From: Terracoccus sp. | GTDB lineage: Bacteria > Actinomycetota > Actinomycetes > Actinomycetales > Dermatophilaceae | Length of the DNA stretch: 64,000 bases | Assembly (NCBI GenBank): GCA_040007275.1 | Contig: JBDTVJ010000002.1 | Coordinates: 749-64,748, forward strand | Reading direction: 5' to 3' | Part shown: positions 9,017-19,269 of the stretch, piece after piece | Layout: each line of letters begins with the position of its first letter | How positions within the stretch are numbered: the stretch's first letter is position 1 | Position numbers and translations under genes: made by a program | Notes under the pieces: generated by a model | Database searches by the model: none | Seen by the model: only the letters and a program-made list of their open reading frames with translations | What the model was told of the DNA's origin: nothing

Positions 9017-9589
9017 ATGGACAACCCCTACGAGGGCTTCCAAGAGTTCATCGACCAAGTGCCCCCGCTCGTGCAGCCGCTGCTCATCGCCGGCTCGGCG
9101 ATGGTCCCCTACGTCGAGGGCGAAGGCGCGGCGGCGTGGGCCGTCATCGCCGGCGTCCACCCCGTGGTCGCCGGGCTGGCAGCGGCCGCGGGCAACATCG
9201 TCATCGTCGTGGTCACCGTCCTCCTCGGTGCACGAATCCGCACCGCCGTCGCCGGGTTCCGGTCGCGCCCGAAGGCTGAGGTGCTGGTCGCCGTCGGCCC
9301 GGCACGGCTCGTTGAGCCCATCGGGACAGCCGAATCCGCCAGACCCGCCAAGCCCGCCAAGCCGAAGTCCAAAGGGCGGACGCGGCTCGAGCGCTGGCTC
9401 GTGCGGTTCGGGGTGCCGACCGCGAGCCTGATCGCGCCCCTAGCGCTCCCGACCATGCTCACGGCCGCCGTGTTCGTCGCCTCGGGAGTCCGCAAGGAGC
9501 GAGTCATCCTGTGGCAAGTGGTCGCCATCGTCCTCTGGACCGGCGTCGTCACCGCCCTCAGCACGCAGATCCTCACCGTGGTGGCCTGA
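9017..9589 (+). CDS. Small membrane protein (small multidrug export-like)
   Basis: RBS GGAG; 3-4 TM helices; PYVEGE and RFGVP..SL motifs. Confidence 0.7.
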   Translation: MDNPYEGFQEFIDQVPPLVQPLLIAGSAMVPYVEGEGAAAWAVIAGVHPVVAGLAAAAGNIVIVVVTVLLGARIRTAVAGFRSRPKAEVLVAVGPARLVEPIGTAESARPAKPAKPKSKGRTRLERWLVRFGVPTASLIAPLALPTMLTAAVFVASGVRKERVILWQVVAIVLWTGVVTALSTQILTVVA

Positions 9590-9647
9590 CCTCGTGCGTG
9601 GAGATCCGCACCTGACCAGAAAGCAGGGAACACCGATGAAGGGAACG

Positions 9648-10505
9648 ATGATGAACATTGCAACCGAGTACGTGGACGTCAAGGGCGGACGCATCGCCTG
9701 TGAGGTGGTCGGGCAGGAGCCGCTGGTGGTGTTGTCTCCCGGGATGGCCGACACCCGCAGCAGCTACCGCTTCCTCGCCCCGTTGATCGCCGATGCCGGC
9801 TACCGCGTCGACAGCGTCGACCTGCGCGGACATGGTGAGTCCAGCACCGGCTGGGACTCCTACAGCCACGCAGATACTGCCGCGGATCTGTTGGAGGTCA
9901 TCACGGGGCGGGCGGCCCGGCGATCATCGTCGGCCAGTCCTTCTCGGGTGGAGCCGCGACGATCGCGGCCGCGACCAACCCTGATCTGGTCAGCGCGGTC
10001 GTCGAGATCGACCCTTTCACCCGCCCCCCGAGATCAGCGTGGCCGCGCTGCTGGGTAACGGCGATTACCGCCGCGGTGCGCTCCTGCTGGGCCGGTTCGT
10101 CGTCGCCGGAAGCGTCAAGACCTGGGCGACGTACCTCAACGTGGCCTACCCAGGACGCAAGCCGGCCGACTGGGACACCTGGCTGTGCGAGCTGGAGGCG
10201 AACCTGCGTGAACCCGGCCGTGTGAAGGCAGCCCAGCAGATGGCTAACTCGAAGGCGTCGAAGGCGACCATCAAGGACGCCGCTGCGCAGCTGGCCAACG
10301 TCCGAAGGCCGGTGCTGGTGGTCATGGGCGGCAATGACTCGGACTTCCCGGACCCCGAGGCCGAGGCCGCCGCGATCGTTGACCTGCTACCGGCCGGTCT
10401 GGGCCGTACCAGATGATCGAGAACGCCGGCCACTACCCCCACGCGCAGTACCCCCAGGAAGTAGCCGCAGCGATCATCCCGTTCCTCACTGAAGCCAACC
10501 CTAGA
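9648..10505 (+). pseudogene. Alpha/beta hydrolase, multiply frameshifted
   Basis: LSPGMAD..DLRGHGES, IIVGQSFSGG and IENAGHYPHAQ motifs lie in different frames (shifts near 9905, 10035, 10405). Confidence 0.85.
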
Positions 10506-10519
10506 TCGAGGAGTCGTAC

Positions 10520-10570
10520 ATGCCCATCACCCTGATCAACCCTGCGGGCCTTCCCGAGGTGCCGATCTAA
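10520..10570 (+). pseudogene. RidA-family N-terminal remnant
   Basis: RBS AGGAG followed by MPITLINPAGLPEVPI-stop. Confidence 0.45.
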
Positions 10571-10849
10571 CGGCACGTCCCGCGTCCGGCACGAACGATC
10601 TTGAGACTTCGAGATGCACCGATTGCGGATTCTGAGACGAGCTGCTGTCGGGGAAAATGAGACTCGGCTCTTCATGTGCCTGGGCAGATCATCGAGCCGC
10701 GGTCAGCGGTGGGCCGGATGGGCCCCACCAGGGCGAGGTGGCTTCACTGTCTACGAACGACTCCTCGCTGGCCACCCCTTTGCCTCCACGGGTTGACACC
10801 AGCCAGTTCCGGACGTCGTTTGCAAGTTCCGAGGGGACCCCCGTCGGGC

Positions 10850-11305
10850 ATGATGCCGGATGTGAGCAAAGAAATCGCACCGAGAAAAAACGCGGAGGCC
10901 GTGGCGATCCGCCGCCCCGAATACGTGCGAATCTGGACGCCGGTGGTCCTGCTAGTACTGGGGGTGCTCAGTACCGCACTGCTCTTGACCAAGGGCCAGC
11001 TCCCATGGCCAGTGTTGCTCATTGTTCTTGCAGGGCTGTCCTTCTGGATGGCGCGGAAGCCGGATGTGGTGGCTAACTCTTCCGGTATCACGCTCCGGCG
11101 TGGGACCCCGTTGGCGTGGAATGAGGTCGCCAGCGTTGGGCCACCACCAGACAATGGTTGGAAGCACCAAACGACCGACCTTGTCCTGCGCGGCGGCACT
11201 CGCCGCCCCCTCGCGTTTGACCTGGATCCCGTTGACCTGAGGCGCCTCGCAGGGTTGCTGGCAGCGTCACAACACAAGCTCTCTGATTCTGGGGCCCGTG
11301 ACTGA
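10850..11305 (+). CDS. Hypothetical membrane protein (2 TM plus PH-like domain)
   Basis: Two TM helices, then GITLRRGTPLAWNEV; lower GC than the flanks. Confidence 0.55.
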   Translation: MMPDVSKEIAPRKNAEAVAIRRPEYVRIWTPVVLLVLGVLSTALLLTKGQLPWPVLLIVLAGLSFWMARKPDVVANSSGITLRRGTPLAWNEVASVGPPPDNGWKHQTTDLVLRGGTRRPLAFDLDPVDLRRLAGLLAASQHKLSDSGARD

Positions 11306-11459
11306 AAGCAGAAAATGCGTTTATCGGCACGACCCGCTCACGATCGGTGCCTTTGCCGGCGAGCCCGGTTGGGCTTGACCATCGCGCACCGGAGGAATCG
11401 CCAGAGGGGGGCACCACCGTCTCCCGCGATCCTCCTCGTGACACGGCACCTGTCGAAAG

Positions 11460-11560
11460 GTGATCAAGTCGGCGTTTCATCCAGGGCTGGTAAATCTGCG
11501 GGTCCGAGCCGTAGCACCGGATGTCGTTGTCTACTCCCTGCCTATGACCGTCGAGGGCGA
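11460..11560 (-). pseudogene. Degenerate fragment paralogous to the SGNH gene
   Basis: VDNDIRCYGSDPQIYQP versus VDNDIRCDGSDPQNYRP in 11626..12561. Confidence 0.6.
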
Positions 11561-11625
11561 CGACCTCGAGGATGAGGCGCAAGGTGCTCGGCTTCGCTTC
11601 TCGCGCGACTGCACGGCGAATCCTG

Positions 11626-12561
11626 TCACGAGGGCGAGGTGGCCGCCGCGGTCAACGCTTTCCATTCCAGGGCTGCCATCTTGGCCAGGCCCTGGATCGC
11701 AAGATGGTTGTGGTCCGAACTGATGTCGCCGGGGACGAGCTTCAAGCCTCGCATGATCCTGCCGTCGTTACGGCAAAGTCTCACTTGGGTGCAGGCGGCC
11801 TCCAGGGCGACCTGGTAGTGGTCGACGACGTCCTGCAGGAAGGCGATCCGGCCCGGCTGCTCTTTGCCAGCAGCGTCAAAAAGGTCGCAGGGGCCTCTAC
11901 CGGTGAAGCCCTGACGGCCGGCCGGGTCGTCTTTGACGGAGTTCGCGAACTCGGTCACGGTCGCCCATTGGCTGACCAGGAAGAAGCGGGCCTGCGGAGC
12001 CTTACTCGCGATCGTCCGCATCGTCCCGGCCAGCGATTCCTGGAAGGGCCGGTAGTTCTGCGGGTCAGAGCCGTCGCACCGGATGTCGTTGTCGACGGTT
12101 TGGATCACGACCAGATCGGGAGACGCGACGTCCATGAGCATCTGCTGTGTCTGGTGTGAGAGGTCCTGGACCTTGCTGCCGTCGACGGCGTAGTTGTGGC
12201 TGTGTCCCTTGATGTTCGGGTTCTCGGCGAGCAGGCGAAGGTAGAGGCTGTCGACCTGGGGGTTGCTGCCGGTCGCCCACGAGTTCTCGTCCGAGTCGGC
12301 ACCGGGTGCGTCGGGGTTTGAGTTGGCTCCGGTGGCCCCGGAGTGCCCGAGCACCACGATCGACGTCGGGTTCCCGAGCCAGCCCACTGAGGACGTCCCT
12401 GCCGGCTGTGTCTTCCCGACGATGCCGCTGGACGCGGAGCCGGTCAGGGTTGACTGCTCAGCAGCCCCCGAACACGCTGCGAAGAGCATCAGACAGAGCG
12501 CGGCAACCATCACCGGTTGCCATTCGTCGATGTGGTCAACGGACCTGGGCCCGCGCGTCAT
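11626..12561 (-). CDS. SGNH/GDSL hydrolase lipoprotein
   Basis: Lipobox FAAC; VVLGHSGATG, DNDI and DHNH blocks. Confidence 0.85.
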   Translation of the reverse strand: MTRGPRSVDHIDEWQPVMVAALCLMLFAACSGAAEQSTLTGSASSGIVGKTQPAGTSSVGWLGNPTSIVVLGHSGATGANSNPDAPGADSDENSWATGSNPQVDSLYLRLLAENPNIKGHSHNYAVDGSKVQDLSHQTQQMLMDVASPDLVVIQTVDNDIRCDGSDPQNYRPFQESLAGTMRTIASKAPQARFFLVSQWATVTEFANSVKDDPAGRQGFTGRGPCDLFDAAGKEQPGRIAFLQDVVDHYQVALEAACTQVRLCRNDGRIMRGLKLVPGDISSDHNHLAIQGLAKMAALEWKALTAAATSPS

Positions 12562-13427
12562 CGCACGGCCTCGACCAGGGCCAGCACCTCGTCAGTGACC
12601 AAGCCGGATTCGTTGCCGGGGATGTTGTGGCCGCTGGTCACCACGACCTGTCGGCCCTTGGGGTTGAGTACCAGCCAGCCGCGCTGGCCCTGCACGCTGG
12701 TCGCCTCCTCACCTTCGGTGATCCCCTCGTACCGGTTGCTGATGACGGTCACGGCCAGCCCTGGGATCTCCTTCCGGTGATCCCAGGCGGCGTGTTCGAC
12801 GGCCGCGTAGTCCCGGCGCTCCACGTTCGTGGAGTTGGTGCACTTCAGTTCCTGCCGCAGCTCGGGTGACGCCTTGGCCGCGTTGATGGCCGGGAAGGTG
12901 TCGACCACCAGCAGGCCACGGACGTCCTGAGGGTGGGTCATGGCGAAGTGGGCCGCTAGGTAGCCACCCCCGGAGGTCCCGGCGATGACGTACGGCGGCT
13001 TCAGGTCGGCGGCCCTCAGCAGCGCGACGAAGTCGGCCTGCAGCTGCGTCATCCCGCGACAGCCCGTGGCCTCGTCGCTGGACCCGACGCCGAGCCGGTC
13101 GTACGCACATGCCCGGGTAGTGGCGCCGACCCCGACGAGCACCGCTCCCCACTGGTTGCCCGGAGACTCGTCACCGCTCTCGAACAGTACGGTCGGTGAT
13201 CCATCGCCGACGCAGGAGAGACTGAGGTGGCGACCGCCGCCGATGTCGACCAGCTCGGTGAAGTCGGTGGCGGTGGAGGGCGCGGCCGTCGTGGCGGCCG
13301 AGACGGCGCCCTGCGGCGAACCTCTGCTCGCGTCTCCGCAGCCGGCCAGGCCGATCACTGCAGCTGCCAGACCCAACCAGCTGATAGCGGGCCGAGAGCT
13401 CAATCTCGCGTGGGCTGACGAACTCAT
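12558..13427 (-). CDS. Alpha/beta hydrolase lipoprotein
   Basis: Lipobox LAGC; YDRLGVGSSD, GTSGGG nucleophile elbow, SGHNI. Confidence 0.88.
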   Translation of the reverse strand: MSSSAHARLSSRPAISWLGLAAAVIGLAGCGDASRGSPQGAVSAATTAAPSTATDFTELVDIGGGRHLSLSCVGDGSPTVLFESGDESPGNQWGAVLVGVGATTRACAYDRLGVGSSDEATGCRGMTQLQADFVALLRAADLKPPYVIAGTSGGGYLAAHFAMTHPQDVRGLLVVDTFPAINAAKASPELRQELKCTNSTNVERRDYAAVEHAAWDHRKEIPGLAVTVISNRYEGITEGEEATSVQGQRGWLVLNPKGRQVVVTSGHNIPGNESGLVTDEVLALVEAVR

Positions 13428-13511
13428 CGGGGCACCCGATTCTCCACCGTTGATCCGGCCAGCTCATGAACGGCATACCTCATGTGTCGATCCTCCGACT
13501 TCTCTTCTCGG

Positions 13512-14369
13512 CTATGCCAGTGGCGTGAAACCCTGGGTCGTCAGGACTTGCCCGATCAGGGCGTTGCCCTTGTCGGATGGATGGGTGTAGTCGGCGCCGA
13601 GCAAGTCGCCGGAGGGCCTTTGTCCGGACGGGCCGTTGAACGCTCGGTAGAGATCGGCGCACCCGAACCCGGCCTTGGCGGCGGCGCTGCAGAGCATCGG
13701 GTTCCAGTCGTCGAGGAACTTCTTGACGACCGCGTTCTGGCCTGGGGACAGGTCCAGGGTCGGCGCCCCGAGAACGTCGTTGTAGCGGTTGATCGTGCGC
13801 AAGATGGTGGGTTTGCTGTGGCGCCACCCGGCGATTGTGGTGAACAGCTGGCCGTACAGCGGCCGGTACTTGGCGACCGACGCGGCTGAGCACGCCCGCG
13901 TCATCTTCGACCAGTCAGGAAGCTCCTTGTTGTCCCGTGTCCCTCCGCAGGGCGTGTCAGAGGCGAGTTCGTTGCTGTTGTGCGCGATGCCGACGATGAT
14001 CACATCGGCGTGGGTCAGTTGTTGCTTGAACCCGTCGAGCTCCGCCAGCAGGCCCGGCAGGTCCAGGCCGTTGTGTTGGGACAGGTTATGAACGTCGACG
14101 ACCTTCCCGGTGGCGTCCTGCACGGCCTTGGCGTACCGGGCTACAAAACCGGTGCATCCTGGGCAGTCGCTCGGGCTGTTGTTGGGGATTGAGTCCCCAA
14201 TGGCAACCAGGCTGAGGTTGGCCGCTGTGGTCGGCGTCCGTGCGCTCGAACCCGACCCCGGTGCCGTGCCGGGATCGGCTGCGCATCCAGCAAGCAGCGC
14301 GGAGCCGGCCAGCACGGCGAGCATCAGCGACCGTGCGAACGCACCCAAGCCGACTGTGTGGCTGGACAT
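13512..14369 (-). CDS. SGNH/GDSL hydrolase lipoprotein
   Basis: Lipobox LAGC; AIGDSI and DYTHP motifs; RBS GGAGG. Confidence 0.88.
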   Translation of the reverse strand: MSSHTVGLGAFARSLMLAVLAGSALLAGCAADPGTAPGSGSSARTPTTAANLSLVAIGDSIPNNSPSDCPGCTGFVARYAKAVQDATGKVVDVHNLSQHNGLDLPGLLAELDGFKQQLTHADVIIVGIAHNSNELASDTPCGGTRDNKELPDWSKMTRACSAASVAKYRPLYGQLFTTIAGWRHSKPTILRTINRYNDVLGAPTLDLSPGQNAVVKKFLDDWNPMLCSAAAKAGFGCADLYRAFNGPSGQRPSGDLLGADYTHPSDKGNALIGQVLTTQGFTPLA

Positions 14370-14462
14370 GGCTTCCCTCCTGCACTCTGGATCAACTGTG
14401 GTTTGCGCTCGGATACGGCCGGCTTGTCGGGAGCCCAAGGAGGCATCGGCGCCTTCGAGTGC

Positions 14463-14954
14463 TCAGGCGGTCGTCCGGGCAGTCGGCTCGGCAATCGACT
14501 CGATCGCGCCGGGGACAAGTGCCGGTGCGACGCCCGGAAGTCGGGCCGCGTGGAGGGCGGCCCAGAGGAGCAGGAACGCGTTCACCGCGTGTAGCGCTCC
14601 GATCGCGGGGACCTCCAGGGTGACGAAGCCCAGCACGACCTGCAGGACGACCAGGCCGAGCACGATGCCGGCCCAGCGCACCCCGCCGATCATCCGTTTC
14701 CGGACGATCACCGCGACGATGAGCAACGCGATCGCGATCAAGGGGATGATCATCGCGCCGTTCTCGCCGTGCACGAGGCTGCCGATCTTGCCGGTGTAGT
14801 CGACGGCGCTGTCCTCCTCGAGGGTCGCTCGAGTGGCGGTGTTGCGGTCGGCGTAGATCCAGTGCCCGAGGCCGGCTGAGTGGAACGCCAGGGCGGCTGC
14901 CTGGACGGCTACTTGGAGGGCGATGAGGTAGGCGAACACCCGATAGGTCTTCAT
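14463..14954 (-). CDS. Four-TM membrane protein (DUF6220-like)
   Basis: RBS GAAGGA; hydrophobic helices with His residues (VHGENG, ALHAVN). Confidence 0.75.
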   Translation of the reverse strand: MKTYRVFAYLIALQVAVQAAALAFHSAGLGHWIYADRNTATRATLEEDSAVDYTGKIGSLVHGENGAMIIPLIAIALLIVAVIVRKRMIGGVRWAGIVLGLVVLQVVLGFVTLEVPAIGALHAVNAFLLLWAALHAARLPGVAPALVPGAIESIAEPTARTTA

Positions 14955-15601
14955 GTCGTGTCCTTCTGTTGTCTGATGTGTAGGGGGGCGCTGCCCGGGT
15001 CTCGTTCGCACGCGAGGACGGTCAACGCGCAGAGGACGACGACCGCGGCCCAGGCGATGGCGGTTCGGGCGGGATACGTGGCGGTCTCGAACGGCCTCAG
15101 GCTGAGCCACCGCCGCAGTGGGTCGGCCAGCACCGCCACGACGACGGTGCCGAACGTCAGGACTCCGGCGAGGTCTCCGGGCGCCGAGGTCCCCGATCGG
15201 CGCATCGCCGCGGCCAGAGCGGTCCCGATGGCGACGGCGCCCGCGGCGACCGGCAGCATCCGCAACGCGTGGGTCTGGGGGGCGAGCCGGTCGGCCCAGA
15301 CCAGGGCGGTCGCCGCCACCGCTGCGGGCAGCAGGACGATCATGATCCGCCAGGCTGCCCGGCGGGGTCGCGACGCCGGGGTCGCGTCCGCGACCTCGCT
15401 GGCCTCCTCGTCGAGCACGTAGCCGGCGACGGCGCCGCAGACGCCGACGGCCACGAGCGCGAACAGCAGGCTCGTCGCGTCGCGAGGCCGCAGGATCGCG
15501 GTTCCGAACAACGCGCCCGCCACAGCGGTGGCCGGCAGCAGCACCTGCCATGGAGCCGAGCGCAGCACGGCGCCGCCGCAGGCCAGGGCGGGGTTAGACA
15601 T
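14951..15601 (-). CDS. Membrane protein, ABC permease-like
   Basis: Hydrophobic, LDEEASEVADATP motif; overlaps its neighbours. Confidence 0.7.
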   Translation of the reverse strand: MSNPALACGGAVLRSAPWQVLLPATAVAGALFGTAILRPRDATSLLFALVAVGVCGAVAGYVLDEEASEVADATPASRPRRAAWRIMIVLLPAAVAATALVWADRLAPQTHALRMLPVAAGAVAIGTALAAAMRRSGTSAPGDLAGVLTFGTVVVAVLADPLRRWLSLRPFETATYPARTAIAWAAVVVLCALTVLACERDPGSAPLHIRQQKDTT

Positions 15602-16532
15602 GAGCGGGTCGCACCGTCGAGGAGGTGCCGTCCGGCGTCCAGTAGGTCAGCTGCTCTGGTCCCGCGGCGACCGCGAGCACGACCGCAGCGACGGCCACCA
15701 CGAGGCAGGCGACGAACGCGCCGCCGACGGTGCGGCGGACCGGCGATCGGGCTGACCGCCGGGCACCGTGCCACAAGGCGGCCGTGGTCGCGAGGCCGCA
15801 CAGGGCAACGGTCCACACCATGAACCAGAACGGCGAGGCCGGGTATGCCGTGACCAGCGTCGGCGGCGCGCTGCCGTCGGTGTTGGTCTCCAGGAAGGCC
15901 GTGTAGGGCGAAAGCATGTGCAGAGCCCTGGCGGTCACCGAGTCGACGCCGATGTACATCGGCCGGGTGGCGCCGAACCGTGACCACAGCAGGAGCACGA
16001 GCAGAGCCAGCAGGATGCCGCCCCGGAAGCGGAGCCAGCGGCCGGCGACGACGCCAAGGAGTGGCCCTCCGGCACTGGCGATGACCGGGATCACCAACGT
16101 GATCAGGGCGCGGTCAGCCGTGCCGTAGCCGGCGTAGAGGAAGGCAGGCTGCGGATCGGCCGCCACGAAGGCGCGGTGGACCAGCACCACCACGGCTCCG
16201 GCGCCGGCCGGCACCAGGCAGGCAAGGCACAGTGCAGCCGTTCGGACCGTCTCCGACACCGGGGCGGCGTCGACGACGGCGCTTGCTCCCTCGGTGGCCA
16301 CCGTCAACCGGGCCGCGACCACCAGACCAAGGACACCGAGGAAGAACGCCGGGACCACCTGGTGGTCCAGCTCGGTCGGGCCGTACGTACCGCTGCTGGC
16401 GAGCGCGAACACGAACCCGACGAGGAACACCGGATGCCTGGCGTAGCGAACCATCTCGATCCGCGCAAGACTCGCCAGCGCCGGCCGCGATGACACCGAC
16501 ACGGCCGAGACCGAGGCGAGGGCGGCATTCAT
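15594..16532 (-). CDS. ABC permease-like membrane protein
   Basis: LARIEMVRYARHP followed by multiple TMs; coupled to the ATPase stop. Confidence 0.75.
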   Translation of the reverse strand: MNAALASVSAVSVSSRPALASLARIEMVRYARHPVFLVGFVFALASSGTYGPTELDHQVVPAFFLGVLGLVVAARLTVATEGASAVVDAAPVSETVRTAALCLACLVPAGAGAVVVLVHRAFVAADPQPAFLYAGYGTADRALITLVIPVIASAGGPLLGVVAGRWLRFRGGILLALLVLLLWSRFGATRPMYIGVDSVTARALHMLSPYTAFLETNTDGSAPPTLVTAYPASPFWFMVWTVALCGLATTAALWHGARRSARSPVRRTVGGAFVACLVVAVAAVVLAVAAGPEQLTYWTPDGTSSTVRPAHV

Positions 16533-17401
16533 GCGAGTGCTCCTTCGTCGAGCTGGGAGCTTCCGCGCAGGATCAGGTAGGCGTCCTCGAGCGTCGCCTC
16601 GACCACGTCGGCACCGAGCGGTGCCCTCGGTCCCAGGTTGCGGTACCGTCCGACGGCGGTCCGCCACGCCAGCTGGGCCCGGGGGTCCGGCGCGTCGGCC
16701 AACCAGACCCGGCCCTGGGCCTGAGCGAGAAGATCCAAAACACTGCCCTGGAAACGCACCGAACCCTCGTCGAGCACCACGACCCGCTCGCACAGGGCGG
16801 CCACGTCCTCCGTCTGGTGAGTGGCGAGCACGATCGTCGCGGCCCGGCCGTGCTCCGCGAGCACCCGCCGCAGTGAGACCCGCTGCTCTGGATCCAGTCC
16901 CGCGGTGGGCTCGTCGAGGACCAGCAGCTCCGGCGAGCCGAGCAGTGCCTGGGCCAGGCCGACCCGCCGGCGCTGTCCACCGGAGAGGGTTCGGATGCGA
17001 CGGGTGGCGCGGTCGGCGAGCCCGACGTCGGCGAGCACCCGGCGCACCTCGCGCCGTCGGGCCTTCGGGTCCTCGAGCTCCTTGAGCACCGCCATGTAGT
17101 CGACGAAGCCGTAGGCGGTGAAACCGCGCGGATAGCCGATCTCCTGGGGCAGGTAGCCGAGCCGACGCCTGATGTCGGTGCGCTCGTGTCCGGCAGCAGG
17201 GTCTCGACCCAGGATGCTCACCGACCCTCGGTCGGCGTGTAGCACGGTGGCGAGCACCCGCAGCAGCGTCGTCTTGCCGGCGCCGTTCGGGCCGAGGAGG
17301 CCCGTGACGCCCGGGTGGAGGTCGAGGTCGACGCCGGCCAAGGCCACCGTGCCACGGAACGCATGGCGCAGACCCTCCAGCTGGATGGTGGGTTCGGTCA
17401 T
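16529..17401 (-). CDS. ABC transporter ATP-binding protein
   Basis: GPNGAGKTT, LSGGQRRR, VLDEPT. Confidence 0.95.
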   Translation of the reverse strand: MTEPTIQLEGLRHAFRGTVALAGVDLDLHPGVTGLLGPNGAGKTTLLRVLATVLHADRGSVSILGRDPAAGHERTDIRRRLGYLPQEIGYPRGFTAYGFVDYMAVLKELEDPKARRREVRRVLADVGLADRATRRIRTLSGGQRRRVGLAQALLGSPELLVLDEPTAGLDPEQRVSLRRVLAEHGRAATIVLATHQTEDVAALCERVVVLDEGSVRFQGSVLDLLAQAQGRVWLADAPDPRAQLAWRTAVGRYRNLGPRAPLGADVVEATLEDAYLILRGSSQLDEGALA

Positions 17402-17430
17402 GACGGTCCTTCGGGTCGTCGGAGTGTCGG

Positions 17431-18255
17431 TCACAGGAGCCGCCATGAGGGGGCGGCCGCGAGGGCTCGGTGGGCGATAAGCGCGAGTCCGGCGCACAGC
17501 AAAAGCAGGTAGCCGAACATGGCCAGGGGGGCGAGGACGACCAGAGGGTCACCAATCCGCGTGGTGGCCCACGCGACGGCGCTGACCCACGCGATGCCGA
17601 TGGCTAACGCGACGTACTCGGGGTCGACCCACGCGCTGCCTGCTAGGACACCGACGGTGAACCCCGCTCCCGGCAGCAGCCAGGCGACGGCGGTCCAGGT
17701 GGAGATGGGCAGGATGAGTCCGGCGACCAGGGTGAGCGGCAGGGCGGCCGTGACCACCGCGGCCGTGCGCAGCAGAACCAGCCTGATCATCGGGTACGGA
17801 GCGGCCAACACGGTCTCGTAGGAGGGGTCGGCCGAGGGTCCGTAGGCGGCTGCCACACCCGCGACGGGGACCAGGGGGGCGATGGCGAGGAAGGCTGATA
17901 CCGCGCCGTCGCCGCCTGCAGCGGAGGCCAAGAGGGTGAAGGCCAGTACCATGACGAGCCCGGCCACCCAGGCCAGCCGCAACACCGGGGCCGTGGCGAT
18001 GACCAACCGGTCGGACGGGGCAACTGCGAGCCGCTCGAGGCAGCGCACCAAGACGCCAGGCGGGGGCGTCTCGACCGCCGCGAGGATGGGTTCCCATCCG
18101 GCGGCGACGCTGTTTGCGGGCACGATCGCGGCCACCACCCTTCGGCACTGGTCGCAGTGCACGAGATGCTGCTCGACCGACGCGCTGGCGAGGGGCCCAC
18201 AGGTTCCCTGTACCCAGTCCCGCAGCGCCGCGTCCGACGCGTGCCAGATCGTCAT
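17431..18255 (-). CDS. zf-HC2 anti-sigma factor with membrane domain
   Basis: EQHLVHCDQC (HxxxCxxC) followed by TM helices. Confidence 0.88.
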   Translation of the reverse strand: MTIWHASDAALRDWVQGTCGPLASASVEQHLVHCDQCRRVVAAIVPANSVAAGWEPILAAVETPPPGVLVRCLERLAVAPSDRLVIATAPVLRLAWVAGLVMVLAFTLLASAAGGDGAVSAFLAIAPLVPVAGVAAAYGPSADPSYETVLAAPYPMIRLVLLRTAAVVTAALPLTLVAGLILPISTWTAVAWLLPGAGFTVGVLAGSAWVDPEYVALAIGIAWVSAVAWATTRIGDPLVVLAPLAMFGYLLLLCAGLALIAHRALAAAPSWRLL

Positions 18256-18803
18256 GTCCGTCCCTCCACCAGCTCGCGCCGCAGCTGCGCCTTGGCCCGG
18301 TGCAGCCGCGTCTTCACCGTGTTCTGCGGCACGCCGAGCAGTCGCGCGGCCTCGCGGGTGGTGAGCCCGTCCAGGACGGTTGCCTGCACGACTGCGCGCA
18401 TCTGCGGCGAGAGGTGGGCCAGCGCGGCACCCGCGTCGCCGTACTCGACTCCTGCCAGGACCCGATCCTCGGCGCTGGCCTCGAAGCCGCCGCGCACGTC
18501 TGCGAGCAGGATCTCGGCCCGCGGGCCGGCCTTGCGCAGCCGCGACACGAGCCTCTTGATGGCCACTCCCCAGAGCCAGCCGGCCGCCTCGGCCTCTCCG
18601 CGGAAACCACCCGCGCCCTTCCACACCGCGACGAACGTGTCCTGCATGACCTCCGCGACCAGGCCGGTGTCGTTGCATCGGCGGGTGAGTCGAACCGAGA
18701 TCCATGGCGCGTGGCGCTCGTAGAGGATCTTCAGCGCGCCGGTGTCGCCGTCGGCGACGGCGTGCACCAGCTCCTCGTCAGAGAGTTCCGCGCGACCCTG
18801 CAT
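18252..18803 (-). CDS. ECF RNA polymerase sigma factor
   Basis: DEELV..LYERH..QDTFVAVW (region 2); EAARLLGVPQNTVKTRLHRA (region 4). Confidence 0.93.
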   Translation of the reverse strand: MQGRAELSDEELVHAVADGDTGALKILYERHAPWISVRLTRRCNDTGLVAEVMQDTFVAVWKGAGGFRGEAEAAGWLWGVAIKRLVSRLRKAGPRAEILLADVRGGFEASAEDRVLAGVEYGDAGAALAHLSPQMRAVVQATVLDGLTTREAARLLGVPQNTVKTRLHRAKAQLRRELVEGRT

Positions 18804-18812
18804 ACCAGACCT

Positions 18813-18839
18813 GTCGCTGTGACCACGGAAAATAGTTCC
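18813..18839 (-). promoter_or_regulatory. Candidate autoregulated ECF promoter GGAAC-N18-CGAC
   Basis: Immediately upstream of the ECF ATG, which lacks an RBS. Confidence 0.35.
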
Positions 18840-19269
18840 CCTCACTGTGAGCGGGATCGGTGGCGATCGCAAGCAGCGGGCTCCAGCGCGCCGGGAGGGA
18901 TGCGCCGCCGCGACAAACGATGGGGGTCCACTCCCAACGGAGGATGGCGAAGGACTCTGCCATCCCTTGGCGGGCGCCATCACCGGCCACAGCCAGTCGC
19001 CGGGACAGTGAGCCGACGGGCGCAGGAGAAGTGGAACTTATCGGCACGGTTGCGCGGAGTGCCGGAGAGATTCGGACGTCCCGTCCGCGGCATAGAGCGG
19101 TCGTGACAGCGGCCACCGGAAACGGCCTGTGGGTGACCGGCTGCCGCGGCCGTCGTATCGCAGGCACCGGGCCGCTTCCAAGCCCCCTCCCCTTCCCCAC
19201 CTCGGATGTTTGGACGCGCCTGCTGACTGGGCGGGTAGGGCGGTTGGTTGGCCCGCCGGCGAAGCCGGA

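Noticed and set aside
15594-18705. Extended ORFs 15594..17555 and 17431..18705
   Set aside because: Overlap real genes in other frames; coupled starts are at 16532 and 18255.
18850-19265. Intergenic ORFs or a structured RNA
   Set aside because: No convincing coding signal, riboswitch motif or long stem found by eye.
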